IMG/VR virus record: IMGVR_UViG_3300043446_003193
Location: 1-64,000 of that record
Reading direction: 5' to 3' (one strand)
Length of the DNA stretch: 64,000 bases
The notes under the pieces are model-generated. The model did not search any database and was not told the origin of the DNA. It was given only the letters and a program-made list of their open reading frames with translations. The position numbers were made by a program, and so were the translations under genes. This document shows, piece by piece, positions 63,865 to 64,000 of the stretch (positions within the stretch are counted from its first letter, which is position 1; every line of letters starts with the position of its first letter).

Positions 63865-64000
63865 TTATTTTATAATGTTTAATATTTGTATAATTGTTGA
63901 AGTGAATACGATTTCTTTATCCACCACTAATGCATCTTTTGATAATCCTTCTGCAATTGTAACTATCACATTTGCTGTATTTCCACTTGCATAATCATCA
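63865..64000 (-). CDS. clamp-loader large subunit (RFC/gp44-like), C-terminal fragment
   Basis: Manual translation DDYASGNTANVIVTIAEGLSKDALVVDKEIVFTSTIIQILNIIK*. Confidence 0.7.
   Translation of the reverse strand, partial: DDYASGNTANVIVTIAEGLSKDALVVDKEIVFTSTIIQILNIIK

Overview
This AT-rich window has essentially all genes on the minus strand and looks like part of a large lytic tailed-phage (jumbo/huge phage) genome. Evidence: ATP-dependent DNA ligase, clamp-loader subunits, PD-(D/E)XK exonuclease, GH19 endolysin, MoxR/vWA pair, HNH endonucleases and many small ORFans. The host is probably a Bacteroidota. Evidence: about 15 TTTG-N19-21-TAnnTTTG-type promoters, A-rich starts without Shine-Dalgarno motifs, a DUF4494-like gene, SusC/Oar-like TonB-dependent transporters and lipoproteins. 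Main blocks: (i) 1-12.4 kb, ligase, ORFans, SPFH, MoxR/vWA and RNA-repair-type phosphatases; (ii) 12.7-13.8 kb, heme oxygenase plus PcyA-like bilin reductase; (iii) 13.8-20.9 kb, an RNA island with 19 canonical tRNAs, 3 atypical tRNA-like genes, tmRNA, a ~870-nt GOLLD-like RNA and several unassigned structured RNAs; (iv) 20.9-24 kb, a Hint-domain/Cys-rich-peptide, sulfotransferase and GNAT cluster; (v) 24.6-46 kb, a cell-envelope locus (secreted nuclease, two TBDTs, CsgG-like protein, cohesin/dockerin/lectin proteins, endolysin); (vi) 46-48.8 kb, nucleosidase, IscA, IscU, CysC; (vii) 50.4-62 kb, a glycosylation cluster; (viii) replication genes. The most striking finding is a 22-codon leader ORF (18614-18682) with mutually exclusive 1:2, 2:3 and 3:4 hairpins directly upstream of the tRNA array. 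Its codons match the isoacceptors of the downstream tRNAs, suggesting ribosome-mediated attenuation of a phage tRNA operon. All protein calls come from motif recognition by eye; no database searches were run.
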